Positions 9,355-20,101 of a stretch of 64,000 nt of DNA are shown piece after piece. The translations under genes and the position numbers were made by a program. Location of the stretch: positions 64,001-128,000 of the forward strand of contig JBPRGF010000033.1 of the NCBI GenBank assembly GCA_051418015.1, in the 5' to 3' direction. The first letter of the stretch is position 1. Every line of letters begins with the position of its first letter. Source of the stretch: Candidatus Nitrospinota bacterium M3_3B_026. Lineage in GTDB: Bacteria; Nitrospinota_A; UBA7883; JBPRGF01. The notes beneath the pieces are model-generated. The model did no database searches. It worked only from the letters and a program-made list of their open reading frames with translations, and had not been told where the DNA came from.

Positions 9355-12300
9355 ATGCTGGTTACGGGTGTACTTGGTTTTTCCATCCTGCTCCAGCTCT
9401 ATGCCGCCGTCCTCGCCTTGAGGCTCGTCAGGGTCACCGGCCACCGGGTCGGCTGGGCGCTGATCGCGGCCGCGGTGTTCCTCATGGCCGCCCGCAGGAG
9501 CATAACCTTCGTCCGCCTGGTCAGAGGCGACATGGCCCACCCGCCGGACCTGCAGGCGGAGATCGTGGCGCTTTTCATATCCATTTTCATGGTGTCCGGC
9601 CTTTTCCTGGTGGCCCCCTTTTTCCGGTCCATCCGCGAGACCGAGCGGACGGCGGGGAAGGTGAACAGGGAGCTGCGGGCCTTGAGCGAGGTGAACGAGG
9701 CGGTGCTGAAGGTGAAGAGCGAGGCGGCCCTGCTCAGCGAGGCCTGCCGCATAGTCGTGGAGACCGGCGGGTACAAGCTCGCGTGGGTGGGCTACGCCGG
9801 GGACGACGAGGATAAAACCGTCTATCCCGTCGCCCATTGCGGCTTCGAGGACGGCTACCTGGAGACCGTCAGGATAAGCTGGGCGGACGACGAGAGCGGC
9901 CGCGGCCCGACGGGCACGGCGATCAGGACCGGCGAGCCGTCCATAATCCGCGATATCCGAGCCGACCCCCGCTACACGCCCTGGCGGGCGCAGGCGGAAA
10001 AGCGCGGCTACGCCTCCTCGGCGGCGATCCCGCTCCTCGTGGATGGGAAGACGCTGGGCGCGCTGAACGTCTACTCGGAGGAGGCCGGCGTTTTCGACGA
10101 CGATGAGATCGAGTTGTTGCAGAAGATCGCCACGGACCTCGCCGGGGCCGTGACGGCGATCAAGGCGCGCGAGGAGAGCGAGGCCGCCAGGAGGATGGTC
10201 TTCGAAAGCGAGGCCAGGCTGGACGCCATCACCTCCGCCGCCCAGGACGCCATCGTCATGCTGGACGACGAGGGGAAGATAAGGTTCTGGAACCCCGCCG
10301 CGGAGCGGATGTTCGGCTACACCTGGGCGGAGGTCAACGGCGAGGATATAACCGGCCTGACAGTCCCCGAGAAATACCGGGAAAGGCACAGGCGGGGCTT
10401 CGAGGGTTTCATAAAAGAAGGCAAGGGGCCCATCGTCGGCAATACGGTGGAGTTCACGGGACAGAGAAGGGACGGCTCCGAGTTTCCCATCACCCTGTCC
10501 GTCTCGGCGATCCAGCTCAACGGCAGGTGGAACGCCGTCGGCGTTGTCCGGGATATCACGGAGCAGAAGAAAAACGAGGAGGAGCTTCGCAGGCGCACTC
10601 AGGAGCTCGGCGAGCGGGTCAAGGAGATGCGGTGTCTGTACGGCGTCTCCAGCCTCGTCCGCTCCGCGGAGACGGACCCGGAGAAGGTCATGCCCCGCGT
10701 CGTGGAGCTTCTGCCGCCGGGCTGGCAGTATCCGGACATCACCTGCGCCAGGATCGTCCTGGAGGGCAGGGAGTACAAGACCGCGAACTACTCCGCCACG
10801 CGCTGGCGGCAGTCCGCCGATATCACGGCGATGGGGGAGAAGATAGGCGAGCTGGAGGTTCGGTATCTCGAGGCCATGCCGGAGATGGACGAGGGGCCGT
10901 TTTTGAAGGAGGAGAGGGACCTTATAAACGCCCTCGCCGACGTCATCGGCAGGGCCGTGGAGGAGGGCCGCGCCGCGAGGGCCATCAAGGCCTCCGAGGA
11001 GAAATACCGGAACCTGTTCGAGTATGCCAACGAGGGGATCATGATGGTCGACCCGGAGACCTTCAGGATCATCGAAGCCAACGAGGTGGCCGCCTCCCGG
11101 CTCGGCTACACCCGCGAGGAGTTTTTGAAGCTGACCGTGAACGACATCAACCCGCCCGGCTACGACCCGGCGAGGGACATCCCCCTGAAAGACCTGAGGG
11201 AGGGCAAGAGCGTCATCTTTGAGCGGCGCCACAGGCGCAAGAACGGCTCCATCCTTCACGCCGAGGTGAGCGCGAAGCTGGTCGATTACGACGGCCGAAA
11301 GGCCATCCAGGGTTTCGTGCGCGACATCTCCGGGCGCAAGGCCGCCGAGGAGGCGCTGATGGAGTCGGAGCGGGCCCTGGCGGCCCTGATGGGCAATCTG
11401 CCCGGCATGGCCTACCGCTGCCTGAACGACAGGGACTGGACGATGGAGTTCGTGAGCGAGGGATGCCTGGACCTCACGGGATACAAGGTCAGCGACATGC
11501 TGGGGAACCGGATTGTCTCTTACGCCGACCTCATCCATCCCGACGACCGGGAGATGGTCTGGAAAGAGGTCCAGGAGGCGATCAGGAAGGGCGAGTCCTA
11601 CACCCTGATGTACAGGATCACGACCGCGGACGGCCAACTGCGGTGGGTCTGGGAGAAGGGGGCGGCGGTCCGCTCCGGCGACGGGGACGTGGAGGAGCTG
11701 GAAGGCTTCATAAGCGACATAACCGCCCTGAAGCGGGCCGAGGAGGCCCTCTCCGAGAGCGAGTCGCGCCTGCGGGTGATAACCGACACGGCCATAGACT
11801 CCATCATCCAGATGGACGACGAGGGACGCATAACATTCTGGAACAAGGCGGCGGAGAGGATGTTCGGCTACTCGCCGGAGGAGGCCATAGGGCAGGACCT
11901 GCACAGGCTGCTCGCGCCGGAGCGTTATTACGATGACTTCAGCAAGGCTTTCGATGAGTTCAAGACCAGCGGGACGGGCCCCCTGACCGAGAGAGTTACG
12001 GAGATAGGAGCTGTCAGGAAAAGCGGCGAGGAGTTTCCCGTGGAGATAGCCATCGCTTCCGTCAGGCTCGGGGGCAAATGGCACGCCGTCGGCGTCGTCC
12101 GCGACGCGAGCGCCCGCAAGCGGATGGAGGACTGGCTGGTGAAGCTTTCCATGGCGATCGACACGGCCCCCACGATCGTCATGATAACCGGCGCGGAAGG
12201 GCGCGTGGAATACGTCAACCCCTCCTTCACCACCGTCACCGGCTATGAGCCGGACGAGATTATCGGCAGGAGCGCAGGCGACCTTGGCGGGATGGCCCCG

Positions 12301-13671
12301 GAGGAGAGCGAGAGGATGTGGGCGGCCCTGAGGGAGCGGGGGGAATGGCAGGGCGAGTTCTACAACAGGAAAAAGGATGGAGGCCGCTACTGGGAGCGCG
12401 CCACCATATCCGCGGTGAGGGACAGGGACGGCGGGATCGTCAACTACCTGAAGGTCGCCGAGGACGTGACGGAGAGAAGGGAGGCCGAGGACAAGCTCAA
12501 GGAGGCGGGGGAGTTTCTCCGCAGGCTGCTCGACACCATCCCCAATCCCCTCTTTTACAAGAACACCGAGGGGGTCTACATCGGTTGCAACGAAGCCTTC
12601 GCGAAGTACCTCGGCCTCGAGCGGGACGAGATAATCGGCAAGACCGTTTACGACATCGCTCCGAAGGACCTCGCCGATGTATACGAAGATAAGGACCGGC
12701 TGCTTTTCGAAAACCCCGGCGTGCAGACCTACGAGACGCGGGTGAGAGGGAGGGACGGCAAGAGGCGCGACGCGGTCTTCAGCAAGGCCACCTACACCGA
12801 CGCCAAGGGAGCGGTGGCCGGGCTGGTGGGGGTGATAATAGACATCACCGAGCGCAAGGAGTGGGAGACCTCGCTGCAGGAGACCAACGAGCGGCTCCAG
12901 AGCGCCTTCTCCGAGCTTCGCAAGGCGCAGACCATGCTCATCCGTCAGGAGAAGCTCGCCTCGATGGGCGCTCTCTCCGCCGGGGTGGCCCACGAGATAA
13001 AAAACCCCCTCAACATCATATCCACCTCCGTCCAGCTTCTGATGATGGAGGAGGGGATACCCGACGACGTGATGAAGTCCTACCGGACGATCATGGACCA
13101 GGTGAAGAGGGCCGTGAAGATCACCGACAACCTGAGGGACTTCGCCCGTGAGCGCAAACCCGAGGTGACGGACATAGACCTTGGCGATTTCCTGGAGAAG
13201 ACCATAGCGCTGGTGGAATACGAGATGCGCACCGAGAGCATAGAGATAACCAGGATCTTCGACCCGGAGACCATGGCGATAAAAGGCGACCCCGACCAGC
13301 TGGCCCAGGTTTTCCTGAACATCATAGGCAACGCGCGGGAGAGCATGAACGAGAAAAGGGAGAGATTCTCCTACGACAGGCTGAGCAAGATGGGCTGGAG
13401 GGGACGGCTTTCAATATCCACCCGCGTGATGGACGGAGAGGTCAGGATAGCTTTTCGGGACAGCGGGATGGGGCTTTCGAAAGAGGCCATGGAGAAGGTG
13501 TTCGACCCGTTTTTCACGACCAAGCCGGAGGGGAAGGGGACAGGGCTCGGCATGGCGATAGCCTACGGGATCATAGAGAACCACGGGGGGCGGATAGAGG
13601 CCGACTCGGCGCCGGGGGAATGGGCGGAGTTCGCCGTATACCTGCCCATCGCCGGAAGAGGAGGAAAGTGA
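9355..13671 (+). CDS. Membrane multi-sensor histidine kinase (TM-GAF-multiple PAS-HisKA-HATPase)
   Basis: N-terminal TMs, GAF, repeated PAS/PAC 'DITE' ends, H-box AHEIKNPL, NARES, FDPFFTTK, GTGLG. Confidence 0.93.
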   Translation: MLVTGVLGFSILLQLYAAVLALRLVRVTGHRVGWALIAAAVFLMAARRSITFVRLVRGDMAHPPDLQAEIVALFISIFMVSGLFLVAPFFRSIRETERTAGKVNRELRALSEVNEAVLKVKSEAALLSEACRIVVETGGYKLAWVGYAGDDEDKTVYPVAHCGFEDGYLETVRISWADDESGRGPTGTAIRTGEPSIIRDIRADPRYTPWRAQAEKRGYASSAAIPLLVDGKTLGALNVYSEEAGVFDDDEIELLQKIATDLAGAVTAIKAREESEAARRMVFESEARLDAITSAAQDAIVMLDDEGKIRFWNPAAERMFGYTWAEVNGEDITGLTVPEKYRERHRRGFEGFIKEGKGPIVGNTVEFTGQRRDGSEFPITLSVSAIQLNGRWNAVGVVRDITEQKKNEEELRRRTQELGERVKEMRCLYGVSSLVRSAETDPEKVMPRVVELLPPGWQYPDITCARIVLEGREYKTANYSATRWRQSADITAMGEKIGELEVRYLEAMPEMDEGPFLKEERDLINALADVIGRAVEEGRAARAIKASEEKYRNLFEYANEGIMMVDPETFRIIEANEVAASRLGYTREEFLKLTVNDINPPGYDPARDIPLKDLREGKSVIFERRHRRKNGSILHAEVSAKLVDYDGRKAIQGFVRDISGRKAAEEALMESERALAALMGNLPGMAYRCLNDRDWTMEFVSEGCLDLTGYKVSDMLGNRIVSYADLIHPDDREMVWKEVQEAIRKGESYTLMYRITTADGQLRWVWEKGAAVRSGDGDVEELEGFISDITALKRAEEALSESESRLRVITDTAIDSIIQMDDEGRITFWNKAAERMFGYSPEEAIGQDLHRLLAPERYYDDFSKAFDEFKTSGTGPLTERVTEIGAVRKSGEEFPVEIAIASVRLGGKWHAVGVVRDASARKRMEDWLVKLSMAIDTAPTIVMITGAEGRVEYVNPSFTTVTGYEPDEIIGRSAGDLGGMAPEESERMWAALRERGEWQGEFYNRKKDGGRYWERATISAVRDRDGGIVNYLKVAEDVTERREAEDKLKEAGEFLRRLLDTIPNPLFYKNTEGVYIGCNEAFAKYLGLERDEIIGKTVYDIAPKDLADVYEDKDRLLFENPGVQTYETRVRGRDGKRRDAVFSKATYTDAKGAVAGLVGVIIDITERKEWETSLQETNERLQSAFSELRKAQTMLIRQEKLASMGALSAGVAHEIKNPLNIISTSVQLLMMEEGIPDDVMKSYRTIMDQVKRAVKITDNLRDFARERKPEVTDIDLGDFLEKTIALVEYEMRTESIEITRIFDPETMAIKGDPDQLAQVFLNIIGNARESMNEKRERFSYDRLSKMGWRGRLSISTRVMDGEVRIAFRDSGMGLSKEAMEKVFDPFFTTKPEGKGTGLGMAIAYGIIENHGGRIEADSAPGEWAEFAVYLPIAGRGGK

Positions 13672-13692
13672 TGAATTCGATGGGAGGCTCAC

Positions 13693-14745
13693 ATGAGTGA
13701 CGGCCTGTTCAGCGTCCTGGTGGTGGACGACGAGGTGCCCGCCTGCCTGACCCTGGAAAGGTTCCTGCAAAAAAGGGGATACGGAGCCCGCTCCGTCCAC
13801 ACCGGCGAGGAGGCGGTCAGGAGCGTCAAGGAGTCCGCTCCGGACATCGTGGTGCTGGACATCAAGATGCCCGGGATGGACGGGATCGAGACGCTCAAGC
13901 GCATACGGAAAATAAACGAGGACATGGTCGTTATCATGCTGACGGCCCTGGACGACGTGGAGACGGCTCTCATCACGATAAGGGAAGGCGCGGACGATTT
14001 TTTGCGCAAGCCTGTGGTGTTGCCGGAGCTTGAGCACTACATAACCTCCGCCCTGGAGAAAAGGCGCCTTGTCCGCGAAAACCGCGATTACCAGGAGAAC
14101 CTCGAAAAGAAAGTGGCCGAGCAGACAGCCGAGCTGCGGTCCATGAACGAGTACCTTAAAAAGACCAACCTGGAGATAGTCCGCTCCCTCTCCGAGGCGA
14201 TCGAGGCGAAGGACCCGTACACCCGCGGCCATTGCCGGAGGGTCACGAACCTGTCGATGGCGCTTGCCAGGAAGGCCGGAATCGACGACGGGAAGCTGGA
14301 GACGCTGGAGTATGGCTGCCTGTTGCATGACATCGGCAAGATAGGCGTCCGCGGCGCCGTGTTGAACAAGCCCGGCAGGCTCACCCCCGAGGAGTTCGAG
14401 CACGTGAAGAAACATTCGGAGATAGGGGATAGAATAATAGCGAGCGTGGATTTTTTGAGGAGCGCCCGGATGATAGTGAGAAACCACCACGAGCGCTACG
14501 ACGGAAAAGGCTACCCGGACGGGCTGAAAGGGGACGGGATGAGCGACCTTGTGAAGATATCCGTCATAGTTGACGCCTACGACGCCATGACCAGCGACAG
14601 ACCCTACCGGACGGCCATGAGCGTCGAGAGGGCCCTGTCCATCCTGAAGGAAAACGCCGGAAGCCAGTTCGACCCGGAGCTTGTGGAGATTTTCATAAGG
14701 GAGAAGGTTTACCTGGAGGCCGAAAACGACCGGCGGCGGGACTGA
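13693..14745 (+). CDS. Response regulator with HD-GYP phosphodiesterase domain
   Basis: REC (VVDDE, LDIKMPG); LHDIGK, HHERYDGKGYP. Confidence 0.93.
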   Translation: MSDGLFSVLVVDDEVPACLTLERFLQKRGYGARSVHTGEEAVRSVKESAPDIVVLDIKMPGMDGIETLKRIRKINEDMVVIMLTALDDVETALITIREGADDFLRKPVVLPELEHYITSALEKRRLVRENRDYQENLEKKVAEQTAELRSMNEYLKKTNLEIVRSLSEAIEAKDPYTRGHCRRVTNLSMALARKAGIDDGKLETLEYGCLLHDIGKIGVRGAVLNKPGRLTPEEFEHVKKHSEIGDRIIASVDFLRSARMIVRNHHERYDGKGYPDGLKGDGMSDLVKISVIVDAYDAMTSDRPYRTAMSVERALSILKENAGSQFDPELVEIFIREKVYLEAENDRRRD

Positions 14746-14748
14746 CCT

Positions 14749-15996
14749 ATGACGCGCATACTCGTGGTGGACGATGAGGCCGAGACTCGCTCAAACCTCA
14801 GGAAAATTCTCAACAGGAAGGGTTACTACACCTACGAGGCCGAAAACGGCCGGGATGCGCTGGAGGCCCTTTCCCGCCAGCCGGTGGAGGTCGTCCTGCT
14901 GGACATCAGGATGCCGGAGATGGACGGCAGCGAGGCCTTGAAGAAGATAAAGAAGGAGTACCTGGACACGGAGGTGATAATGGTGACCGCCATTTCGGAT
15001 CTGGAGATGGCCGTGGATTTGATGAAAAACGGGGCCTACGGCTACGTCACCAAGCCCGTGGACATGGAAAACATGACCATGGAGATCGAGAAGGCCCTGG
15101 AGCGCCGGCGTCTCTCCATCGAGAACAAAAACTACCATGAGAACCTGGAGAGGATGGTGGAGGAGAAGACCGCCGGGGTCAAGCGCCTCCACGGCCAGCT
15201 GGAGGCGAACTTCTACAACTCCATCCGTGTTTTCGTGGAGCTTCTGGAGCTGCGCGACCCGTTCCTCGGCGGGCACTCGCGGAGGGTGGCGTTTTTCTCC
15301 GTGGAGACGGGCAGGGCCCTCGGTTTGGACAAGGCGCGGCTCAAAGACCTTGAGATAGCCGGCCTGCTCCACGATATCGGCAGGCTGGGAATACCCGACG
15401 AGACGCTCAGAAAACCCTCCGAGGACCTGACGCCAGGGGAGCAGGACCTGCTGAGAAATCAGACAGTGCTGGCGCAGGAGTCCCTGAAGCCCATCGACGA
15501 GCTGAAGCGCGCCGGGATCATCATAAGAAGCCACATGGAGCGGGTGGACGGCGCCGGGTATCCGGACGGCCTGAAGGGGGAAGAGATCCCGCTGGAGTCG
15601 CGGATACTGACGGTTGTCAACGCCTTCGACGAGGTGAAGAACAGGCATGGCCATTTCCCCGGCGCCCTGTACGAAGGCAGGACCGAGGAGGAAGCGGCGA
15701 TTTTTTACCTGGATGAGCTTTCGGGCAAGAGGTTCGACAAGAAGGCCGTGGCGGCTCTCAAGGACGCGCTGGAGAACCTGATGAGACTCAGGGAAGGCGT
15801 GGCGGCGATCACCCTTGACGAAATGCAGGAGGGAATGACTCTGGCGAAAGACCTTCTCGCGGAGAACGGAAAGCTGCTGCTCGCCAAAGACAACAAGCTG
15901 AGCGCGGCGCTGATCTCGAAACTGCGCTACTATCACAAGATCGTAAGCCCGGTGGCCCGCAAAATATATATTTACTCCAAGGCGCCGCCGGGCTGA
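14749..15996 (+). CDS. Response regulator with HD-GYP domain and C-terminal extension
   Basis: REC; LHDIGR, HMERVDGAGYP; C-terminal 'EGMTLAKDL...GKLLLAK' module. Confidence 0.9.
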   Translation: MTRILVVDDEAETRSNLRKILNRKGYYTYEAENGRDALEALSRQPVEVVLLDIRMPEMDGSEALKKIKKEYLDTEVIMVTAISDLEMAVDLMKNGAYGYVTKPVDMENMTMEIEKALERRRLSIENKNYHENLERMVEEKTAGVKRLHGQLEANFYNSIRVFVELLELRDPFLGGHSRRVAFFSVETGRALGLDKARLKDLEIAGLLHDIGRLGIPDETLRKPSEDLTPGEQDLLRNQTVLAQESLKPIDELKRAGIIIRSHMERVDGAGYPDGLKGEEIPLESRILTVVNAFDEVKNRHGHFPGALYEGRTEEEAAIFYLDELSGKRFDKKAVAALKDALENLMRLREGVAAITLDEMQEGMTLAKDLLAENGKLLLAKDNKLSAALISKLRYYHKIVSPVARKIYIYSKAPPG

Positions 15997-16021
15997 GAAA
16001 TTTCAGGCGAGGAGGAAAAAA

Positions 16022-16486
16022 GTGTACCGGATAATGGTGGTGGACGATGAGAAGGAGTTTTTGGGCCTGGCGCAAAAGCTTCTGAGCAAGGACTACGCCG
16101 TGGAGGTTTTCGACTCTCCCCTGAAGGCGCTGGAGAGGGCGGATCAGCAGACCTTCGACGCGGTGATATCCGACTACCGGATGCCGGAGATGGACGGGGT
16201 GAAGTTCCTGAAGGTTTTCAAGGAGCGCCAGCCCAACGCGGCGAGGATAATCCTGAGCGCCTACCAGGATAAGGACGAGCTCATCGGCGCCATAAACGAG
16301 GCCCAGATCTACCGTTTTCTCTCCAAGCCGTGCAACGTCATGGAGCTTGTCATGACCATCGCCCAGGCCATAGCCCACAGGGGGCTGCTGCTGGAGAGGG
16401 AGCAGCTGGCCGAGAAGGTGAAGACCCAGGCCGCCGAGATCGAACAGTTGCGGGCGGAAGTCGAGCGCCTCAGGACGGGAGGCTGA
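16022..16486 (+). CDS. Response regulator receiver protein with coiled-coil tail
   Basis: IMVVDDE, ISDYRMPEMDG, FLSKP. Confidence 0.9.
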   Translation: MYRIMVVDDEKEFLGLAQKLLSKDYAVEVFDSPLKALERADQQTFDAVISDYRMPEMDGVKFLKVFKERQPNAARIILSAYQDKDELIGAINEAQIYRFLSKPCNVMELVMTIAQAIAHRGLLLEREQLAEKVKTQAAEIEQLRAEVERLRTGG

Positions 16487-16684
16487 GAGCGGCCAACCCC
16501 GCGCGCGCTGACTCCATTACACACGATAACGCCTGGGCGCCAGTCCTCCTGGCCCCGAAATTCGCCGCCGCTCAACAATCTCTTTACATACAGGACTGAT
16601 TTCCGTAAACTTGTATAGCTCTAGGGGGAGCAGGGGTAGGAGGGGTAGTTCAATTTTACAGCTTATCCTTTTTGTGACTTGCTG

Positions 16685-17758
16685 ATGCTAGACTTTGCGC
16701 GGGCGCTCCGCCCGGTTCCTTACGCGCTGTTGATAATGTCCGTCCTCGCTGTCCCCGGCGTTTTCGGCCAGGAGAAAAAACCCGCCGGAGAGCAGGCCGC
16801 AAAGGAGCCTATGCCTCCGTTCGCGAAAGTGAACGACGTCGTGTTGACCCTCCAGGACTTCAGGGGCGCGATGATTCAGGCCGTCCGTTCCAAGTATTAT
16901 CATGGCAAGGTCCCCGAGGGAGAGATGGCCGTCCTGCAGAGGGAGGTCGGCCGGAAGATGGTGGACAGGATACTGCTTGTGGAAGAGGCCAGGCGGCGCG
17001 GCCTGGAGCCGGACAGTAAAAAGGTGGACAAGCAGATTACCATGTTCGACGACAAGTACGCCGGCAGCGAGCGCTGGAAGGCCGAACGCGACAGGATCAT
17101 ACCGGGTCTCAGAAAACAGATGGAGGAAGACAGCCTGGTGGAGGTCTTGGAAGAGCAGGTGAAAGGCTCGGTGGACCCCTCCGAGGCGCAGGTCCGGGAA
17201 TATTACGAGCAGAACCCGGACAAGTTCACCGAGCCCGAGCAGGTGAAAGTCTCCGCCATTCTTTTGAAGGTGGAGCCTTCCTCGCCCAAGGAGGTCTGGG
17301 AGAAGGCGATCGAGGAGGCGAAGGATATAAAGAAGAGGATCGAGGACGGCGGCGATTTCGCCGAATTGGCCAGGATACATTCCGGCGACCCTTCCGCCGA
17401 GAAGGGCGGGGACATGGGCTACCTGCACCGGGGAATGTTGGCCGAAAACGTCCACAAGGCGCTGGACGAGATATCCGCGGGAGACGTGACGGACCCCGTG
17501 GTGATCCTGCAGGGGGTTGGCGTGTTCCGCCTGGACGACCGCAAACAGCCGAAACTCAACGAGTTCAAGGACGTCCGGGAGCGGGCGGAGGCTCTTTTGA
17601 AAAGAGAGCTTGCCGAGAAGGCGTGGGAGGATCTCAAATCGCGGCTGAGGGAGGGGGCCTCGATAGAGATCAACGAGTCATACTATCTTCCGGCGCCTAA
17701 AGACGATGGAGACGAAAAAGAAGAGAAGGGGGGAGCCGAAGATCGCCTTCATGGCTGA
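16685..17758 (+). CDS. Periplasmic parvulin-type peptidyl-prolyl isomerase (SurA/PrsA-like)
   Basis: Signal peptide; FAELARIHSGDPSAEKGGDMG rotamase motif. Confidence 0.88.
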   Translation: MLDFARALRPVPYALLIMSVLAVPGVFGQEKKPAGEQAAKEPMPPFAKVNDVVLTLQDFRGAMIQAVRSKYYHGKVPEGEMAVLQREVGRKMVDRILLVEEARRRGLEPDSKKVDKQITMFDDKYAGSERWKAERDRIIPGLRKQMEEDSLVEVLEEQVKGSVDPSEAQVREYYEQNPDKFTEPEQVKVSAILLKVEPSSPKEVWEKAIEEAKDIKKRIEDGGDFAELARIHSGDPSAEKGGDMGYLHRGMLAENVHKALDEISAGDVTDPVVILQGVGVFRLDDRKQPKLNEFKDVRERAEALLKRELAEKAWEDLKSRLREGASIEINESYYLPAPKDDGDEKEEKGGAEDRLHG

Positions 17759-17781
17759 CTGAGATGAGGGGCGGAAGATAA

Positions 17782-19932
17782 ATGACGGCGTTTCACCCTC
17801 GTTGCGGATGGAGAGGCGCCGCGGCCGCCGTGGCGATGACGGCGGTTTTTCTTTCACCGTTTTCCTCCCGTCCCGCCGCGGCCGGGGATGAGGAGGACGG
17901 AGGATCGCCCGGCCGGGGGGCGGGCGTTAGGCTCAGGATCATAAAAGTTATCTCCACGGAGGAGGGGGAAGGGGTGGAAGCGCCCCGTCTTGAACAGGCG
18001 TTCGGAAAAATCCGCCTCACGGCGTTCGATACGATTTCCGAGGAGAGCATGGGAGTCGCCGAAAGGATGCTCGCGCCCGATGAGGAGCTTGCCCCCCTTG
18101 TACGAATCTCGCCGCGGGTGTTGAAGAGGAAAAGGGTTGTGGTGAAGGTGTGGAAGCCATGGGCGCGCGCCCTCATGTACAACCTGACCTGGGGGGGGTA
18201 TATCTACGATTTTTACAACAGGCAGTCCTGGGAGGGCGGGGAAGGATTCGAGCGCAACATGCTTGGCCTGCGGCTCAACGTCAGCACCAAGAGCTTCATA
18301 TGGCGGCCTTGGTTCGCCCTCGTGGACGGCGGTGTCGGCCTCTACGCCTCCCGCACGGCGGGCCGGAATATCGCGGGCTATACCTCGAACACCCTCCTCG
18401 GCGATCTGGGGCTCTCCGTTTTCCCTTACAGCAGGTTCCCGTTCCAGGCGAACTACTCCAGGAACAGGACCGACCAGGGCGGCGACCTCAGGGACACCCG
18501 GACGGAAACCGAGCGCTACTCCGCGCGGCAGAATTACAGGACCAGGGGCGGCACGAATTTCTCCGGGGGCTACCTGCACACCGACGTCAAGACGGAAAAC
18601 CTGCAAGCCGGCGGATCCAGTGAAAACAACACGACACGGAGCGTGCTGGACACGTTCGACTTCAGCGCGTCCAAAAGCATCGAGGATCACAGCCTCGGCC
18701 TCAACTCGACCTACAACAAATCGAAACGGGTGGATATCACCAGGGATTACAACACCCTGTCGGTCATCGGCAGGCACAGGTACACCCCGCGGGGGTCCTT
18801 CTCGCTCGAGAACGAGGCGAACTACTACAACTATTACGAAAGAGCCGTGACCGGCTACAAGGCCGGGGCGGAGGAATTCATCTGGGACCAGGACATATAC
18901 CAGGTGACGAGCAACACCTACTGGCGGCCGGAGGACAAGCCGCTGACGGTCAACGCCGGCCTCCGGTACTACGGCACGGACACTGGAAGATCGTCGTCAA
19001 GGACCGGCGGCGCTCCCTCCAACTTCCTCGCCAACGGGAGCGTCTACGCGGGGGCCAACTACTCCGTGAACGAAAACACCAACGTCTACGGAACGGCCAA
19101 CTACTCCAAGCCGCTGGAGCCCCCCACTGACTCCTACATAGCGAACCAGTCGTTCGGCGTGACCTATTCGGCCGACCCGGTCGATTTTCTGAAGATGGAC
19201 TACACCTGGGGCAACCAGGCCGGGATGAGCCACAGCATGTCGGACCGGAGCAACAGTCTGCGCCTCATGGAGACCATAAGGCACGGCCTCCAGAAGGGTT
19301 TCGATATCGGCGAGTCCTCCTCCATCGACATCAGCGTGGACGAGAGCTTTTCCCTGGACCATTACGCCAACGCGGCTCACGGCTTTTACGAGACCCCAGA
19401 GCCGCGGACGCGGGAGACAATCACTCACGCCGCGTCCATCTCCTGGCTCATGTCGGGGATGTGGGGCAGAGGCGTCGTCAGGCTGTCCGGCTCCGACAAC
19501 AGGAGCAGGGGCGTGATGGAGGGGGGGGAGGTCGTATCACAATTCGTCTATTTCCAGGCGAGCCTGGACAGGCGGCTGAGCAAATATTCGCTGGTCTACG
19601 TCGACTGGGTCACACAATACTCGGACAGCAACCTGAATGACAACGATTCGATTGGCGGACGGGTAAGATCGCACGGCCTGGCGCAGTACAAAAACAGCAG
19701 GCTCTTTGGCGTGGGAGGGCTTTCTTTTCAATCGTCGTTCAGGGTCGAAGGCAGGTCCTATTTCCCGGGAATTGAAAGCGAAGAGGAATCATCCGAGACG
19801 ATCTCCTGGGTGAACAACCTGGATTACAGCATCGGCAGGCTTCAGACCGCGGCCATGTACAGCATCGTGCAGACGGTCGCCGGGCGGAGGGACATTTTAA
19901 TGTTGCGGATTTCGCGCAACTTCGGTAATTAG
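17782..19932 (+). CDS. Putative outer-membrane beta-barrel (porin of a porin-cytochrome system)
   Basis: Signal peptide; S/T/N/Y-rich alternating amphipathic strands; terminal 'LMLRISRNFGN' resembles a beta-signal; flanked by PPIase and cytochrome genes. Confidence 0.7.
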   Translation: MTAFHPRCGWRGAAAAVAMTAVFLSPFSSRPAAAGDEEDGGSPGRGAGVRLRIIKVISTEEGEGVEAPRLEQAFGKIRLTAFDTISEESMGVAERMLAPDEELAPLVRISPRVLKRKRVVVKVWKPWARALMYNLTWGGYIYDFYNRQSWEGGEGFERNMLGLRLNVSTKSFIWRPWFALVDGGVGLYASRTAGRNIAGYTSNTLLGDLGLSVFPYSRFPFQANYSRNRTDQGGDLRDTRTETERYSARQNYRTRGGTNFSGGYLHTDVKTENLQAGGSSENNTTRSVLDTFDFSASKSIEDHSLGLNSTYNKSKRVDITRDYNTLSVIGRHRYTPRGSFSLENEANYYNYYERAVTGYKAGAEEFIWDQDIYQVTSNTYWRPEDKPLTVNAGLRYYGTDTGRSSSRTGGAPSNFLANGSVYAGANYSVNENTNVYGTANYSKPLEPPTDSYIANQSFGVTYSADPVDFLKMDYTWGNQAGMSHSMSDRSNSLRLMETIRHGLQKGFDIGESSSIDISVDESFSLDHYANAAHGFYETPEPRTRETITHAASISWLMSGMWGRGVVRLSGSDNRSRGVMEGGEVVSQFVYFQASLDRRLSKYSLVYVDWVTQYSDSNLNDNDSIGGRVRSHGLAQYKNSRLFGVGGLSFQSSFRVEGRSYFPGIESEEESSETISWVNNLDYSIGRLQTAAMYSIVQTVAGRRDILMLRISRNFGN

Positions 19933-20101
19933 GACTATGCTCGGGACGCTTTTTTCGGAAAGCGAGGGGCCCGGGCTTTTAAAAAGGGGGGCGGCGCAAG
20001 CCGCGGCTGGTTGATTTTGTGGGAAAATCCGCATGGTGTCGGCGCTTTGCCGTATCGCGCTGTTTGTCGTATCAACGGACAATCGATAATGGGGAGAGTC
20101 T

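Noticed and set aside
9250..12993. 1247-aa ORF on the - strand
   Set aside because: It is antisense to the histidine kinase and has no recognisable motifs. Long shadow ORFs are expected with GC-rich codon bias.
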